Shown: positions 28,260 to 43,299, numbered from the stretch's first letter. The stretch: DNA of 64,000 nucleotides from Eledone cirrhosa (GCA_964016885.1 OZ024743.1:2418001-2482000), one strand, 5' to 3'. Translations and numbers: made by a program. Notes: a model not told the origin generated them from the letters alone.

Positions 28260-30325
28260 AAAATAAAAAATATAATTTCTTCCATTGTTCTAGATGTGCT
28301 TATAAGTTTCAATATCAGATCTGACTTATTGAACTCTCAAAAAAAAATTATTCTTTCGCAGCTAAATGAACTGGAGACACAGGAAATAGGGTGTCTTGCG
28401 CAGGAAAGCAACGAGCCGCCAGGAATCGAACTCACAACAGTAAGCTGATCACCTTAACCCCCAGGCCACGCACCTTCACCATGGCGTATTGCGAATGTAA
28501 ATAGACTAAAATGGCAACAATAAATCGGAAGAGCTTACATTACTACTTTATAGTGCTATCACGATTAATTTAATAGCACGCGAGCGTGTGGGCCTGTGTG
28601 TGTATGCGTGTGTGTCTATATGTGTGCCTGTATGTGTGTATGTCAGTATGTGTGTGTGTGTGTGTGTGTGTATCAGTATGTGTGTGTGCGTGTGCTGCAC
28701 TCATGGCAGGGTTAGTATGCCAGAGCTGCAGGCTCATTCAGGTAAAACACCTGTTTGGTGTTCAACTTCTGTAAACGTTTATGTAACTCTGTACTTCCGT
28801 GTACATCGCTACTACTACAACTACTACTACTACTACTACCAACACTGCCACCATCGCCGCTACAACCACCACTATATTAAAATGTTTAGTTAAGCAAATG
28901 GATGGTTAAGTTATCGATAAACTCTACTTAAGAGAAATATTTTTCTTTTCTTTATTCTAAACGATCGCTAAACTCCAGGGTGTATTGTGGATGACAAAAC
29001 TAAAATTTAGTGTCTTCCGGCACTAAGGGGTTTGGGGCGCTTAAGCCCTTCCAATAATTTGTTTCAATATGCTTGAGCTTTGTTTTAAATATTTTTGTGT
29101 GATCATGTTTTTAATTTCTTTCTTAGTCTCGTATTGCACGAGCTAATAATGGTTTCTACTTTAGGCACAAGGCCAGCAATTTGAAGGGGAGGGGAAAGTC
29201 GATTAAATCAACCTCAGTGCGTGACTGGCACTTTATTTTATCGACCCAGTAAGGATGAAAGTCAAAGCAAACCTCGGCGGGATCTGAACTCTGAACGTAA
29301 AGGGCCATAACTCTGTGCTGAAAAGCATGAATAATATACATGTACAGTATATATACTTAACTCCCCCTCCCCCCAATCCACAACTGTAACGGAAGCTCTG
29401 AAATGTGTTTTGTGTCATAAAGCAAAAGAGCAGACACTTTTCTTCTGAAGAACACCTAACATCGTTACCCAAGTGTTTTGCACTCGGACGTTGTGAGGGG
29501 AGCGTTCTCTTGAGCTTGGGAGTCCATGTGCTGACCTCTTCTTGATCCCATGGAGAAAAAAATCTTGCCTCGGAGGATGGCGAAGGAGACGCGTTGGAAT
29601 AACCATTCCAGCTCCTTGTGGGGCTCGTTCCAACTCCGCCCTGATAGTAATTACTATAGAGATGGTCAAAGAACGCCGAAAATCTCCAATGCTATATGTT
29701 CGACCAGAAACATATCGGAGAGCGAATTGCTAAAACCATGAAAATTCGTAAACAAGGGTGGTGGAAGCATTTCTGAATTGGGGGTGGGGAGAGGGGCAAA
29801 TTTGATCAATTTAGTTTTAGTGATTAGTTTATCTTTCTGCACTCTAAAATGGGCAGAAAATGCAATTTCAGTCCAAGCAGGTCATATTACATTTACAGCT
29901 TTCAATTATTATGAAGTTAATTATAGCAAAATGACCTATGGAATCTGTTTCTGAATACACATACTAGCAATTGGTAAATAGTGATATGTGGAGAAAAAGT
30001 TATGACTTGACAAAAAAATTTACTCTGCTGGTTAACATAATATATTGCACTGTTATTATAAAATATCAACCAAGATATAAAAGACTTTGATATACGATAA
30101 ACATAACATGTACATATATTTTAGCACATATACAAATAGATGTGTTTTGGTAGTTTGGGGAGAGAAATATAATTATTGGTGAGGAATAGCATGCCCCTCC
30201 CCCAGTTCCACCGTCCCTGGCAAAGTATCCTCAAAATATCAAAGTGTAAAAATCTAACTTTGATCATGTTTATTTTGACATACTTAGAAACAATATTTGG
30301 CAGATACTACCAGTTATATCATGCG

Positions 30326-32389
30326 ATTAATTGTTAGAGGCGTTAGGACGTCACATTAATTGTTAGAGGCGTTAGGATGTCACATTATTTGTTAGAGGCG
30401 TTAGGACGTCACATTAATTGTTAGAGGGCGTTAGGACGTCACATTAATTGTTAGAGGCGTTAGGACGTCACATTAATTGTTAGAGTGCGTTAGGACGTCA
30501 CATTAATTGTTAGAGGCGTTAGGACGTCACATTAATTGTTAGAGGGCGTTAGGACGTCACATTAATTGTTAGAGGGCGTTAGGACGTCACATTAATTGTT
30601 AGAGGCGTTAGGACGTCACATTAATTGTTAGAGGGCGTTAGGACGTCACATTAATTGTTAGAGGCGTTAGGACGTCACATTAATTGTTAGAGGGCGTTAG
30701 GACGTCACATTAATTGTTAGAGGCGTTAGGACGTCACATTAATTGTTAGAGGCGTTAGGACGTCACATTAATTGTTAGAGTGCGTTAGGACGTCACATTA
30801 ATTGTTAGAGGCGTTAGGACGTCACATTAATTGTTAGAGGCGTTAGGACGTCACATTAATTGTTAGAGGGCGTTAGGACGTCACATTAATTGTTAGAGGG
30901 CGTTAGGACGTCACATTAATTGTTAGAGGCGTTAGGACGTCACATTAATTGTTAGAGGCGTTAGGACGTCACATTAATTGTTAGAGGGCGTTAGGACGTC
31001 ACATTAATTGTTAGAGGCGTTAGGACGTCACATTAATTGTTAGAGGGCGTTAGGACGTCACATTAATTGTTAGAGGCGTTAGGACGTCACATTAATTGTT
31101 AGAGGCGTTAGGACGTCACATTAATTGTTAGAGGGCGTTAGGACGTCACATTAATTGTTAGAGGCGTTAGGACGTCACATTAATTGTTAGAGGCGTTAGG
31201 ACGTCACATTAATTGTTAGAGGGCGTTAGGACGTCACATTAATTGTTAGAGGGCGTTAGGACGTCACATTAATTGTTAGAGGCGTTAGGACGTCACATTA
31301 ATTGTTAGAGGCGTTAGGACGTCACATTAATTGTTAGAGTGCGTTAGGACGTCACATTAATTGTTAGAGGCGTTAGGACGTCACATTAATTGTTAGAGGG
31401 CGTTAGGACGTACATTAATTGTTAGAGGCGTTAGGACGTCACATTAATTGTTAGAGGGCGTTAGGACGTCACATTAATTGTTAGAGGCGTTAGGACGTCA
31501 CATTAATTGTTAGAGGCGTTAGGACGTCACATTAATTGTTAGAGGGCGTTAGGACGTCACATTAATTGTTAGAGGCGTTAGGACGTCACATTAATTGTTA
31601 GAGGGCGTTAGGACGTCACATTAATTGTTAGAGGGCGTTAGGACGTCACATTAATTGTTAGAGGCGTTAGGACGTCACATTAATTGTTAGAGGCGTTAGG
31701 ACGTCACATTAATTGTTAGAGGCGTTAGGACGTCACATTAATTGTTAGAGGCGTTAGGACGTCACATTAATTGTTAGAGGGCGTTAGGACGTCACATTAA
31801 TTATTAGAGGCGTTAGGACGTCACATTAATTGTTAGAGGCGTTAGGACGTCACATTAATTGTTAGAGGGCGTTAGGACGTCACATTAATTGTTAGAGGCG
31901 TTAGGACGTCACATTAATTGTTAGAGGGCGTTAGGACGTCACATTAATTGTTAGAGGGCGTTAGGACGTCACATTAATTGTTAGAGGCGTTAGGACGTCA
32001 CATTAATTGTTAGAGGCGTTAGGACGTCACATTAATTGTTAGAGGCGTTAGGACGTCACATTAATTGTTAGAGGCGTTAGGACGTCACATTAATTGTTAG
32101 AGGGCGTTAGGACGTCACATTAATTGTTAGAGGCGTTAGGACGTCACATTAATTGTTAGAGGGCGTTAGGACGTCACATTAATTGTTAGAGGCGTTAGGA
32201 CGTCACATTAATTGTTAGAGGCGTTAGGACGTCACATTAATTGTTAGAGGGCGTTAGGACGTCACATTAATTGTTAGAGGCGTTAGGACGTCACATTAAT
32301 TGTTAGAGGCGTTAGGACGTCACATTAATTGTTAGAGGGCGTTAGGATGTCACATTAATTGTTAGAGGGCGTTAGGACGTCACATTAAT
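30326..32389. repeat. Satellite array of 29/30-bp units (~70 copies)
   Basis: ATTAATTGTTAGAG(G)GCGTTAGGACGTCAC repeated without spacers. Confidence 0.98.
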
Positions 32390-32491
32390 AGTGCTAGGCT
32401 CTCTCCGTTCTGAGATCAAATCCCACCGAGGTTAACTTTGCCTTTCGTACTTTTGAGGTTGATAAAAGAAGTACCAGTCCAGCCCTGTACT

Positions 32492-32574
<83 letters not shown>

Positions 32575-32996
32575 TCTACATCTCTCTCACCTCTTGAAGA
32601 AATCAGTTATGTTCAAACCTGTCTCCGCCAGGTTTAAAATGCCTAAAACACGTTGTATGTCTTTACGGCGCCACTATGACTCCATCAGGAGTTACCTGTC
32701 TATACAAAGTATATATTATAGGCTCCATATCTGTATTAACCTAACCAAGCAATACCTCACTTCACTAAAGTATAGTGGATTTATGCATTGAAAACAAACA
32801 AAAAAAGTAAAACGAAAAGAAATTAATCTTTAGTATTCCATGTGGAAGGCGCCATAGTTGTTGTATGAAGCCGTAGAGGGTGCTATTGTGACATATCTTG
32901 GGCATTTTAAACCTAAGGGAGGCCATCCCCTCCTCTCCAGGTCTGAACACAGACGATTTCTTCCAAAGAAGAGAGAAATACTGAGAGATAGAGAGA

Positions 32997-33043
<47 letters not shown>

Positions 33044-33944
33044 GGTTATAGAGGGTTATAGAGGACGAATCGACCCCAGTACTGGACTGGTCATTTTTTT
33101 ATCGACCTCGAAAGTATAAAAGGCAAAGTTGATCTGGGCGGGACGTGAACTCAGAACACATAGAGCCGGAAGGAATACAATAGAACCATTCTAGCCAACG
33201 TTCTAACGACTCTGCCAGTTGACCATCTCGGCTATTGTAGAACAGTAATTTGAGAGCTGGTTTCGGCTGTCAGTTGGAGATATATTATTTAAAATATGTT
33301 GTTAAAAGACATGATTGTCACAGTATCTTCTCACACAAACACACAATAGAACATGCACATACACAAACAAACACATATACATACACACACACATACACAA
33401 TAAATAGAACATACACATACATACACAAACACATATACATACACACACATACACATGCACAATAAATAAAACATACGCATACATACACACACATATACAT
33501 ACGCACTTACATACACAATACAACACGCATGCATACACAAACAAACATATACATACACAAACACGTATACATACGCACATACATACACACTACAACACAC
33601 GCATGCATACACAAACAAACATATATATACACAAACACACATACGCACAGATAAAACAAAATATATACAAACACAAGCACCCACAAACACGTACAGACAT
33701 ATATATAGGGTAGTTGTACTTTAATCCAAAGAAACCAACAATTAAATTGTATTGTAGTAAATGTTATGTAAGAAAAAACACTGTGAAACGAGTAGTAGTA
33801 GTAGTAGTAGTAGTAGTTGTTGTTGTTGTTGTTGCTGTTGCTGTTGTTGTTGTTGTTGTTGTTGTTGTTGCTGCTGTTGCTGTTTTTGTTGTAGCCCTCT
33901 GTTCTTTAAAATCTGATGATAACAATGATGTTGGTACACCATTT

Positions 33945-35640
33945 TGCTCCTTAGGGGTGACAAGGAGCAAATTGAGTCTGATATCATTCACTACCAAAAA
34001 GGCATCTTTCAGGGTGATAACGTGTCTGAGCAGCTCTTCGTTATTTCATTAAAGCCCCTATTATACCTACACACAAAACATAGTGACCATAGAAATGGAT
34101 CCAGAAGTAATTACCATATTTTCTTTGTCGATGATCTGAAATTGTATGGACTAAATATCAACTGCATAAAAAAATAATTGGACCTCATTACCAAATTTCC
34201 TACAGACATTGGAATGGAATTTGATGAGTCCAAATGTGCTTTTTTTACAATAAAACAAGGAAAAGTTGTGCCCTCCTTTAAAATCTAAAAATGAATGGCT
34301 TGACGATACCACTTCTACAGTCAGGTAACAATTATAGGTATCTTGGACTGGATGAGAATGTCAGACATGGAGTTATAAATAAGGAGAGGACGAGGAAGGG
34401 AACTTCAGGAGAGTAAAGAGAATATTGTCATCATAAATCTCAGCGTACAATAAGCACATTGCCCATAATACTTTTGCTGTGCCCATCCTAACACCATCAT
34501 TTGACCTGCTGAACTGGTCATTGCAAGAACTGAATGAGATGGATGTAAGGACTCGCAAGCTGCTCAGTGTTTCTTGAAACTTTAACGTGAATGGTAATGT
34601 GGATAGGCTATATTTCTCATGCAAGAAGTGTGGTCAGAACCTAAAATCCATATTAACATCATACAAGACTCAGATAATAACACTGAAGCAACATCTTCAA
34701 TAGAAGAAAAAGGTCAACAGCCATCTTGCTCATGTTTATGGGGATGGAAATACTAATATCATTAGGATAGCCATTGATCTAGAAGAGAGACATGAAATAA
34801 AACCTGAATAAAATAGAATGTCTCCCAGGAACATTGGAAGACACTACTCAATGCTCGAATAAAATAAGAAAATGGATCAATTCACTGAGTATTTGAGACG
34901 AAAAACACAGACCATAGAGAGGATAAACTATACTAAAATCTTGGCATCGTGTTCCGACAAGTTCATAACATCCCACCTTGAAGGATATCTCCATGCAATC
35001 CAGGAACAAGAAATCCCACCAAGTACCTACTGCACAAAAGAGGAAGGTCATCAGTTGACAGTAAATGTAGGCTGTAAAACAAACTCTGAATATGCTAGCC
35101 ATATTATTGCCAACTGTGAAAGAATGTCTTCTCTTTACTACCTCCCCATGAGGCATCATGTGATAGCTAGAACGATCTGGAATGCATTACAGAAGTTGAA
35201 AATCAAATCAAATAGGAAGGAATGTGTTGAGACTTGACTGGTGGAATCTAAAAATAAAATCTGCCATCAAATTAAAGCAAAACATGCTCTTTTGAAGAAG
35301 TCAGAAAAATACAAAAGAAAGAGGATATCTACGGACCATATATGGGAGGTTTGTAGATCCAGTATCTACAGACTCGTTCAGCTTCAAATCTGTCATTATT
35401 GGAGCTACAGGATATATAGCAACTTACCTAGACGAAAGTATAACTGAGCTTGGATTTATGGGAAAATAACGTCACTCCTTAATTCATAAGCTACAAATAG
35501 CCGCGATATGTGGAACCTTCAAAATTTGTAAAACCTTCTTATGGTTCAAAGGATGAACGCTTACAGAAGAGACGACAGTTTCCTTTCTTTACAATCTTGC
35601 CACCGGAAGCTAGCAAATCAAAAATAAACTCAAAATTCAG
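33945..35640 (+). mobile_element. Degenerate R4/Dong-like (RLE-type) non-LTR retrotransposon, 5'-truncated
   Basis: GIFQGDNVS, HIFFVDDLKLY, IGMEF..SKC, YRYLGL, DRLY, AIQEQ, HIIANC..RH; many stops and frameshifts. Confidence 0.8.
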
Positions 35641-36543
35641 AGAGAGTACATACATATATACATACATACATAGACACACACACACACACACATACATACA
35701 TACATGGTGGCTGCCAACTCGTTTTCGTGTACGGCCACTACTTTATATCCATGTAGGAGAACCCTTACCGATGCACTGAACGAGTGTGACTTTTTAGTCC
35801 AGCCAGCGACTTGAAAACTCTGGTACAAACACTACACTTGTGACAATTATTGACATATAGTGCTGGGCCCATGGTACCATGTGGCGACAAGTGAAGAGAG
35901 ATCTCCAGATATAAAGCAATGCCTGTGCCGTGAAGCTTTTATAGTGAGCAAAGGCACTGCACAAAGCCAGTCCCACTCTCTTAACCAAGATGATATTTAC
36001 CAAAAAGAAGAACAAGTCAACGTCATTGGAATCCATCAGGGTTGCAGGTGTTATATCAGAGTTTTCCTTCTCCTAGAATTCTGCCTTGACAAAGGCTAAG
36101 GGGTCATTTCTCCCGGTGATTTTGGATGGCTATTGACTCTTAAGAGCTCCTTTGCCCTTTGACAGGTTTTGTTTTTAGTCTTGCAGGATGTCCAAAGTCA
36201 CCCTCTTCACCAAGAAACCTTGGTGGGGTTGCCAGTTTAGTCGCCAACGACCCGACCATGGGACAGGTTGTACTGGGATACATGTTACCAGTAGCACCAA
36301 CTGGTGACCTGACATACATACATACATACATACATACATACATACATACATACATACATACATACATACATACATACATACATACATACATCTAGCGCAT
36401 TCCAAGATAAATAAACAACACTTATCTAAAAGCCATTTGAAATAGACTAAAGAGCCACATGCGGTTCTAGAACTACCTGCGGTTCCGGAGACACCTGTTC
36501 TATAACCACAAATGTCAGTATCTTTCTCTGTTTATATCTTCTA

Positions 36544-36657
<114 letters not shown>

Positions 36658-36749
36658 AGAGAGAAGGGGGGACGTGTGTGTGTGTGGGGGTGATCTATTG
36701 ATGAGAGATCAAAGAAAACAGTGCTCAATCCGTTGCAAGAAAGCCTATT

Positions 36750-36935
36750 TAGTATAAACAAAGTCTCATACACTTAACATGTATGTACTACCGTTGGTTT
36801 GATATATCAGTCCCCGTGCCCGAACAAAGGACCAGTTTAAAGGTGCCTCCTCTAATATACAGTGGTATCCATAACTGGATCCCGAAACCAATGGTCACAC
36901 ATACATGTTATGTGTATGAAACTTTGTTTATACTA
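36750..36935. repeat. Small fold-back/MITE with ~37-bp inverted ends
   Basis: TAGTATAAACAAAGT.TCATACAC.TAACATGTATGT inverted at both ends. Confidence 0.65.
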
Positions 36936-36957
36936 TATATATATATATATATATATA

Positions 36958-37284
36958 CAGTGTACCCCCGGCATTCGTGGTCCCGGTTATTCGCAGAATT
37001 TTCCTTAGAACCTAACTAATAATTGTTCGTGGAAACCACCACATATTCGCGAAATCGTAAATATCTTCCGCGATTTTTTATAGCTTTTTTCGTGGCAATA
37101 TATATTTTTTCACGCTTTTTAACGCTAAATTATTAATTACAATATACCTTATTTGCCCGCCTATATTTTATATTATGTTTTGACTTTTATAGGCATTTTT
37201 ATGGACCACGTCCAATATTCGCGGTGTTTCATTCTTCGCGGATGCTCTAGAAACGTAACCCCCGCAAATACCGGGAGACAACTG
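36958..37284. mobile_element. Tc1/mariner (pogo/Tigger-like) MITE
   Basis: TA-CAG...CTG-TA ends with imperfect TIR CAGT.....CCCGG.ATT.G.GG. Confidence 0.65.
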
Positions 37285-40087
37285 TATATATACAATACAT
37301 ACATAAATGTTCATATACATAATATACAATACATATATAAGTGAACACATATACACATACATACATATATGTATATACAAAACATACATACATAAATAAA
37401 ATAAAGAAATAAATGTGTGTGTCTATACATGTACAATATTGTACATTATAATTTAACGCAGAATTTTTTTTTGGGGGGGGGGGGGGCAGTATTAAATAAC
37501 CTAGGGGAGATAATTAAATAATATTCATGTGCAGTTATCTCTCTTGCAAACTACATTTAAATTAATTGCAATTTATAAACAGCTGCTTCATCAAATATAA
37601 TAGTTTTCAAATTAACATCTAAATGTGATGCAACTCAGAGATTTTTAAAATCAAATGTGACAGATGTAGAGTTGGTTAACAATTTACACATTAGAAAATA
37701 CCTGCTATTGATATAACAAACTCTGGTCAGCACAACAGGTTTAGTCATCAATATCGATACAACAGAGGCCCTTGGATTGTTAGTGTCGAACAAAATGTTT
37801 TGCGGCATTTAATTACGGCTCTTTTCCTTCTGAGTTCAAATCTTACCGAGGTCAACTTTGCCTATAATCTTTCCGTGGTCGATAAAATAAGGTACCAGTT
37901 GATATAATCGATTTCTCTTATGTCTAAATTAGAAATCATTATACAACAGCCTACGCATTTCTCTCTCATTTACCAGAAATACCTACTCCCAGCCGGGCCA
38001 AAGAAATTAACCCCCTTTTCTGCATATCTCTATCTATCACTGTTACCTTCAAATCCTTGTCAACCTTAACTATCCTACTTCAGGTTGTCAATGTATGTGA
38101 CATGACATCCACCACACTTCTCTGTCCATTGTTGCCATTTTCAGTTCCTAGACAGATTCGAGGCCAGTATCTTGCTTTAGTTTTCCAATGTATGTGACAT
38201 CCACCACACTTCTCTGCCCGTCGTTGTCATTATCAGTTTCTGGATAGATTCCAGGCCAGTATCTTGCTTTAATTTTTCAATGTATGTGACATGACACACA
38301 CACCCCACCTTCCCACTTTGTACCATAGATCCCACAGGGCAACGTTTGATGCTTTCTCTTAAGGATGTCATGCTGATAAATGGATTCGACATTCACTCAT
38401 CTTTTCACTTACTTTAAGAAGGTTTCCATACAAGCAGTCTTTTGTCATGTCACATTTTGCTGGCATTTCACATCAAGGGCCATACACAACATCTTTGTGT
38501 AGCATCTAACAAGGGCTATACATAGATCCTTGTTCAGCAGCTCACAAGGGCCACACAGAACATCCTTGTGTAGTAACTATCAAGATTGTTTTCTGCTCAT
38601 TTCATGAATGCCCATGTCTCGCTGCCATATAAGAGAACCAACACAAACAGTAGCTAGGAAATAGTTAACCAGCTCTTAACCTCCAGAGATGTATTTCACT
38701 GGAACATTCCACGTCTTCCTTTTCTACAAATCCACATCAATGGGAATTAAACAGCTTCACTGTAAAGACCTCCATCAGTTTCAATAATCAGCATTTCAGT
38801 TATTCAGTCTATGGAACAGCCTGTTCATGAAATTTATATTATATACAAGTGGCTGAGTATTCCACAGACACGTCCACTCAAAGTAATTCTCAGGATGATC
38901 ATTGTGACACAGTGTGTGTTAAAGTTGGCCAATTGAATTTTAGGTACAGCCCATCTAACAAGTTTCCACAATGTTTCCATTTATCCAATTTCACTCACAA
39001 GGCATAGGTGGATTGTTAAAACATTTCTTCAAATAAATGCATTTGTACAATATGGTTATGTTTTATTGTAGAAATATATAAACAATAACACTACCATAAT
39101 GAATATTTTAAAAATTCATTTCACAATTTTTTAAAGAATACATTTAATCAATAAATATATTAAATCATTGTAACATTAAAATATTTGAAATAATTCCTAA
39201 ATGCAATCACAAATTCTATTCTGATAGTTTCTTTCCTCGCACATGTCGCCAATGGAATTCTCTTCCTGATCACTATAATTTGCAAAAATTCAAAAGCAAC
39301 ATCAATCATCATCTTGTCTTGAATTATGTTCTCTCTGTTTTGTCCCTCTCTCCCCTCTCAGTAACCCCTTGCATTTTACTGGCTTTATTTGGGGATGAGC
39401 CAAAAAAATATAAATAAATAACTTTGTTTATATTTTATCACAGCTATTGTAGTTTTCTATTTCAGACGGATACCATGCTTGAAGTTTGTTCCCTCTTCTT
39501 TCCCTCTTCTTTCATTCTTTCTCTCTCTCCTCTGCTCTTCCCTTCCTCTTACTGCTGCTTTTCTTTCCTTCTTTCTTCTCCTACCCACCACTCTTACTCA
39601 TCACTTCTGCTCGCTACCACCTCAACAGCCAGTCTTCATTGTTGTCTTTTCTAACAGTGATCTGATACTGAGTGGTACTTTTAGTTAAACCATCGAAACC
39701 AGAGGCGGTCTAAGAGCTGATAAGTGTATTTAAATGTTTGTGTGACCTTCTCTCATCCATTTTCTTCCTTTTCTCCTATCACTTCTGCGGGCCAACACAC
39801 TTCTAGCTGCTGATTTCTATCCTTTGAAATAAAGTTTACCTGATGCTGTCATTGACGGCATTTTGTTGTTTTAACAGCTTCTTTGCGTTCAGTTCTTCCT
39901 ATTATTCTACAAATTCTAATACACTCGCACTTCAAACTTGATATTTGAGATAACTTTGTTTATAAATAAATAAATTAACTTAAAAGCTTCAACGCATGTT
40001 TTCTTGATGATGAAAAATAGTTCAACAAGTTGGGCATATAAGCCCCTGAAAACAGAAAAAAGTGGGCGTGAGTTAAAGCTTTTAACT

Positions 40088-40297
40088 TTAACCCTTTAGC
40101 ATTTACATTACTCTCTATATAATATTATATTTTCACAGTAAAGGCTTTATTTCACCTAATTATTTCACACAATATTGAATCTATGAGATTTTGATATTAT
40201 TTATTTTCAGTATAAGTGGCCAGTTACAGCCGGTTTGAACAGAAAGAGGTGAGAGAATTATGGCTGGATATGGCCAGTTTAAATGCTAAAGAGTTAA
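40088..40297. mobile_element. piggyBac-like MITE (also at 48911-49123 and 50474-50702)
   Basis: TTAA-CCCTTTAGCATT...AATGCTAAAG(A/G)G-TTAA; three related copies. Confidence 0.75.
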
Positions 40298-42781
40298 GTT
40301 AATTTCAAAAATTCATACCTGATATAAAAATAGATCAAAATTTAAATAATTGAAATTTAAAAAAAAACAAAGGTAGTAGTAAACTTTGCAGTTCAATAAT
40401 TATTTTTAATTACTTTGAATTACATGACATTGTTCAATTTGACCTAAGGTCACAAATTTATGGGGAAGAGATGTAAGACATTCGTTTTTTTTTTGTTTTG
40501 TTTTTTTAATTCAAGATCCCAGACCTCACTCGCTTACCAAGTGTGGTGGAACTCCTCAAATCAGACCAAGGAAACAATGTTTCCATTGGTTTGTCCATTG
40601 CTGATACTATCTACTGGTCGCAACTCCTGGCAAAAAGAGCAATGTGAAATAAAGTGTCTTGTCACTATGCCTTTATCAAACTAAGAACCATGGCTGGCTC
40701 ATGGTTTTAGCTGGCTGGAAGCTTATCTCATACTTTACACCACACTCTGATAGATTTTTACAATATCAAACTCATTTCTCTTTTCTTAAAAAATCTCAAC
40801 AGTCTTTAAGAAATATTCTTACTTCCAAGCCATTAAAATTGATATCAAATATTGAAATAACTATTATAAATTCTTACAAAATAAACACTATCCTTAGCTA
40901 TTATTTTGAAAATTGTTATCTAAATTAATAAAAGAGACATTTTTGATAATGTTACAATATATAAAATAAGATAAATTTATTAGATAGGCAAACAAAAAAA
41001 TCAAAGTTCTTTTTATAATCAACAGAATCAGTTGTTTATCTTCAGGGTTGATTTTATAAGCAAAGCAAATCAGTAAAGACCCAGACTATGAGCAAGATGG
41101 TTGGATAACATCCATTAATGCAGTTGGATTATTTGGAGACTGTTGATGTTGCTGCTGATAGGACCCTCTGGAAGGTATATCTGAGGACTCTACCCCCAAG
41201 ACCCTTTGAAGGAGGAGGGAGAGGATAAAGGAGGTAGGATAAGGGAAGAAGAGGAGGATGAGGAGAAAGTGTAAGCAAATCAGAATGATATACTTGTAAA
41301 TCAATGAAGTCTGTGTGTGAATAATGTAGAATGAATAATAGTAGTGGGCACACAGGAGAGTACAGAGAGCAAGGAATGGATTACAGTAGCGGACTCCACA
41401 GGAGAATAAGAATAGCATGAAAACTCTGAAGAAGAAGCTCCAATCCACAATTACTGACAGATCTTCAGGGCCCCACCTTCACCCAATCAATCTCTAATCC
41501 ACAATTACTCACTCGGTGTAAGTAACAGAGCAAGAACCCAATCATCATGAGAAAGTTGCAGAAATGAACTGAGTACATCAAAAGAAGAAGGCAAGAAAAC
41601 ATCCTCTGGGCACAAGATGAAAGAAAGAAGGGTTGACAGGCCAACAAGCACTAAGGAGAGCTCAAAAATATCAGAAGAAAGAGAGGAAGGTTGACAGGCC
41701 AAACATCCTCTGGAATGCTCTTTACTGGACATCAGAAGGAAAAGAAGAAGATGAACTGGCTATCTGACACTAGACAGCTCAAGACTATGAACCAAAGCTG
41801 GTTGAACCCTTCCGAAGTTCTCTCTGAATAGATAGGAGCATTGACCCTTCATTCCTGCCCTATATGTCAGTAAACATAACTGGAATGACTGACTGATAAA
41901 ACCAACAAACTTACACCAAATTATTTTTATCTAGAAGAACCCATTAAAATTCAATCATATTTAAAAACTGTCTTATTTCTATTTTGATGCCTAAATTTAT
42001 ATACCTTGATAACACTGTTTCATTATGCTAAATATTTCAATGTGTCTTCAGTTTCATTGTGTAGCTTAAGCTGTTGAATACTCCAGCACTGAAACACACA
42101 AAGGCTATGAGAAGAAGAAGAAGAATATCAATGATAATTTACTATAACATCATTTCTTCAATATTATTTACAACTAACTCAATAAATATAGTATAGTGAA
42201 TATTCCTGGTTGGATCAAAACACGTTTTAAATACCAACAGAAGAGGAAAAGGAACATTAGTTTGATAATTATATTTAATTATCAATCAATTACAAATAAT
42301 CTACCAATCTATTTAACTATTTACAAATTATTTTCTATTTTTAACTTTAATGGAATAATGCTGATCAACTAGTCATAATATAAGGTATTTTTTTCAATGA
42401 TTGTCCAGCATCAACTAATTACCAGTTCAGTTATTCAAAATTCTTTCTTTACCCAAAGTACTAATGACAGTTCACATGAAGAAAAGACAAGCTACCAAAC
42501 TTTGCACCATCCTGTTAAAGATACTGAAAGAGAAATCACATCTTAGATAATATTTCCACAAACAACAAGCCATGTTTCTGAAACTCTCACACACACACAC
42601 ACACACAAAAATATATATGTATATTACATATATATATATATATATACGTATGTGAGTGTGTTCATGTGAGAGTGTGTATGTAATAATATATATATATTAT
42701 ATATATATATATATATATCACAGGATCTAGCCATGGTTTATGGTTTATAGGAAAATAACTTGCAGTCACACAGTAACTAAT

Positions 42782-42985
42782 TTAATCACTGTAACGCCGT
42801 TTAAGTGTGCGGTATTTTTTCAGCATGTATAAAGCTTCTAGCTCCTTAACAATATATTCACCACGAGCAATCATCAGCTCAATGTCCTTTGGCTCTGTCA
42901 GGTCCCTATTCTTCAGAAAAACAGTCTTTAACTTGGTCCGAAAATATTCATAACCTTTAGGATAATCTTTTCCCAAGTGTAATAA
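42782..42985 (-). CDS. ETFRF1: Electron transfer flavoprotein regulatory factor 1 (LYRM5), last coding exon
   Basis: AG acceptor, then [24 protein letters not shown]...[25 protein letters not shown], closely matching LYRM5. Confidence 0.93.
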   Translation of the reverse strand, partial: LLHLGKDYPKGYEYFRTKLKTVFLKNRDLTEPKDIELMIARGEYIVKELEALYMLKKYRTLKRRYSD

Positions 42986-43299
42986 CTAGAAAACAACAAA
43001 GTAAAAACAAAAAAAACATCATCAGTGACATGAGAAGAATATTCAGAGAATGAGGCACAATGCAAGGAATATTCTGTGTTGAGGGAATAATTTACTGTTT
43101 CAAACATTATCATCAACACTAACAACTATTTTGGTATACTGATATATATATATAGGTGTGGAAGTTATTTAAAAATTTTACACAAACTATACCCTTTTGA
43201 TATAATGTCCATATACTGTCACTTTTCCATTTCAAGGGGTTAAATCCCCAGTTTTATTCAGTTATATTATAGTTAATATGTGTTGTAGTAGGCTTTACA

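Noticed and set aside
29753-30219. hAT-like MITE
   Set aside because: TIR similarity is weak and no TSD was found
30326-32389. CRISPR array or telomeric repeat
   Set aside because: No unique spacers and no cas genes; TTAGG/TTAGAG are only sub-motifs of a 29/30-bp unit
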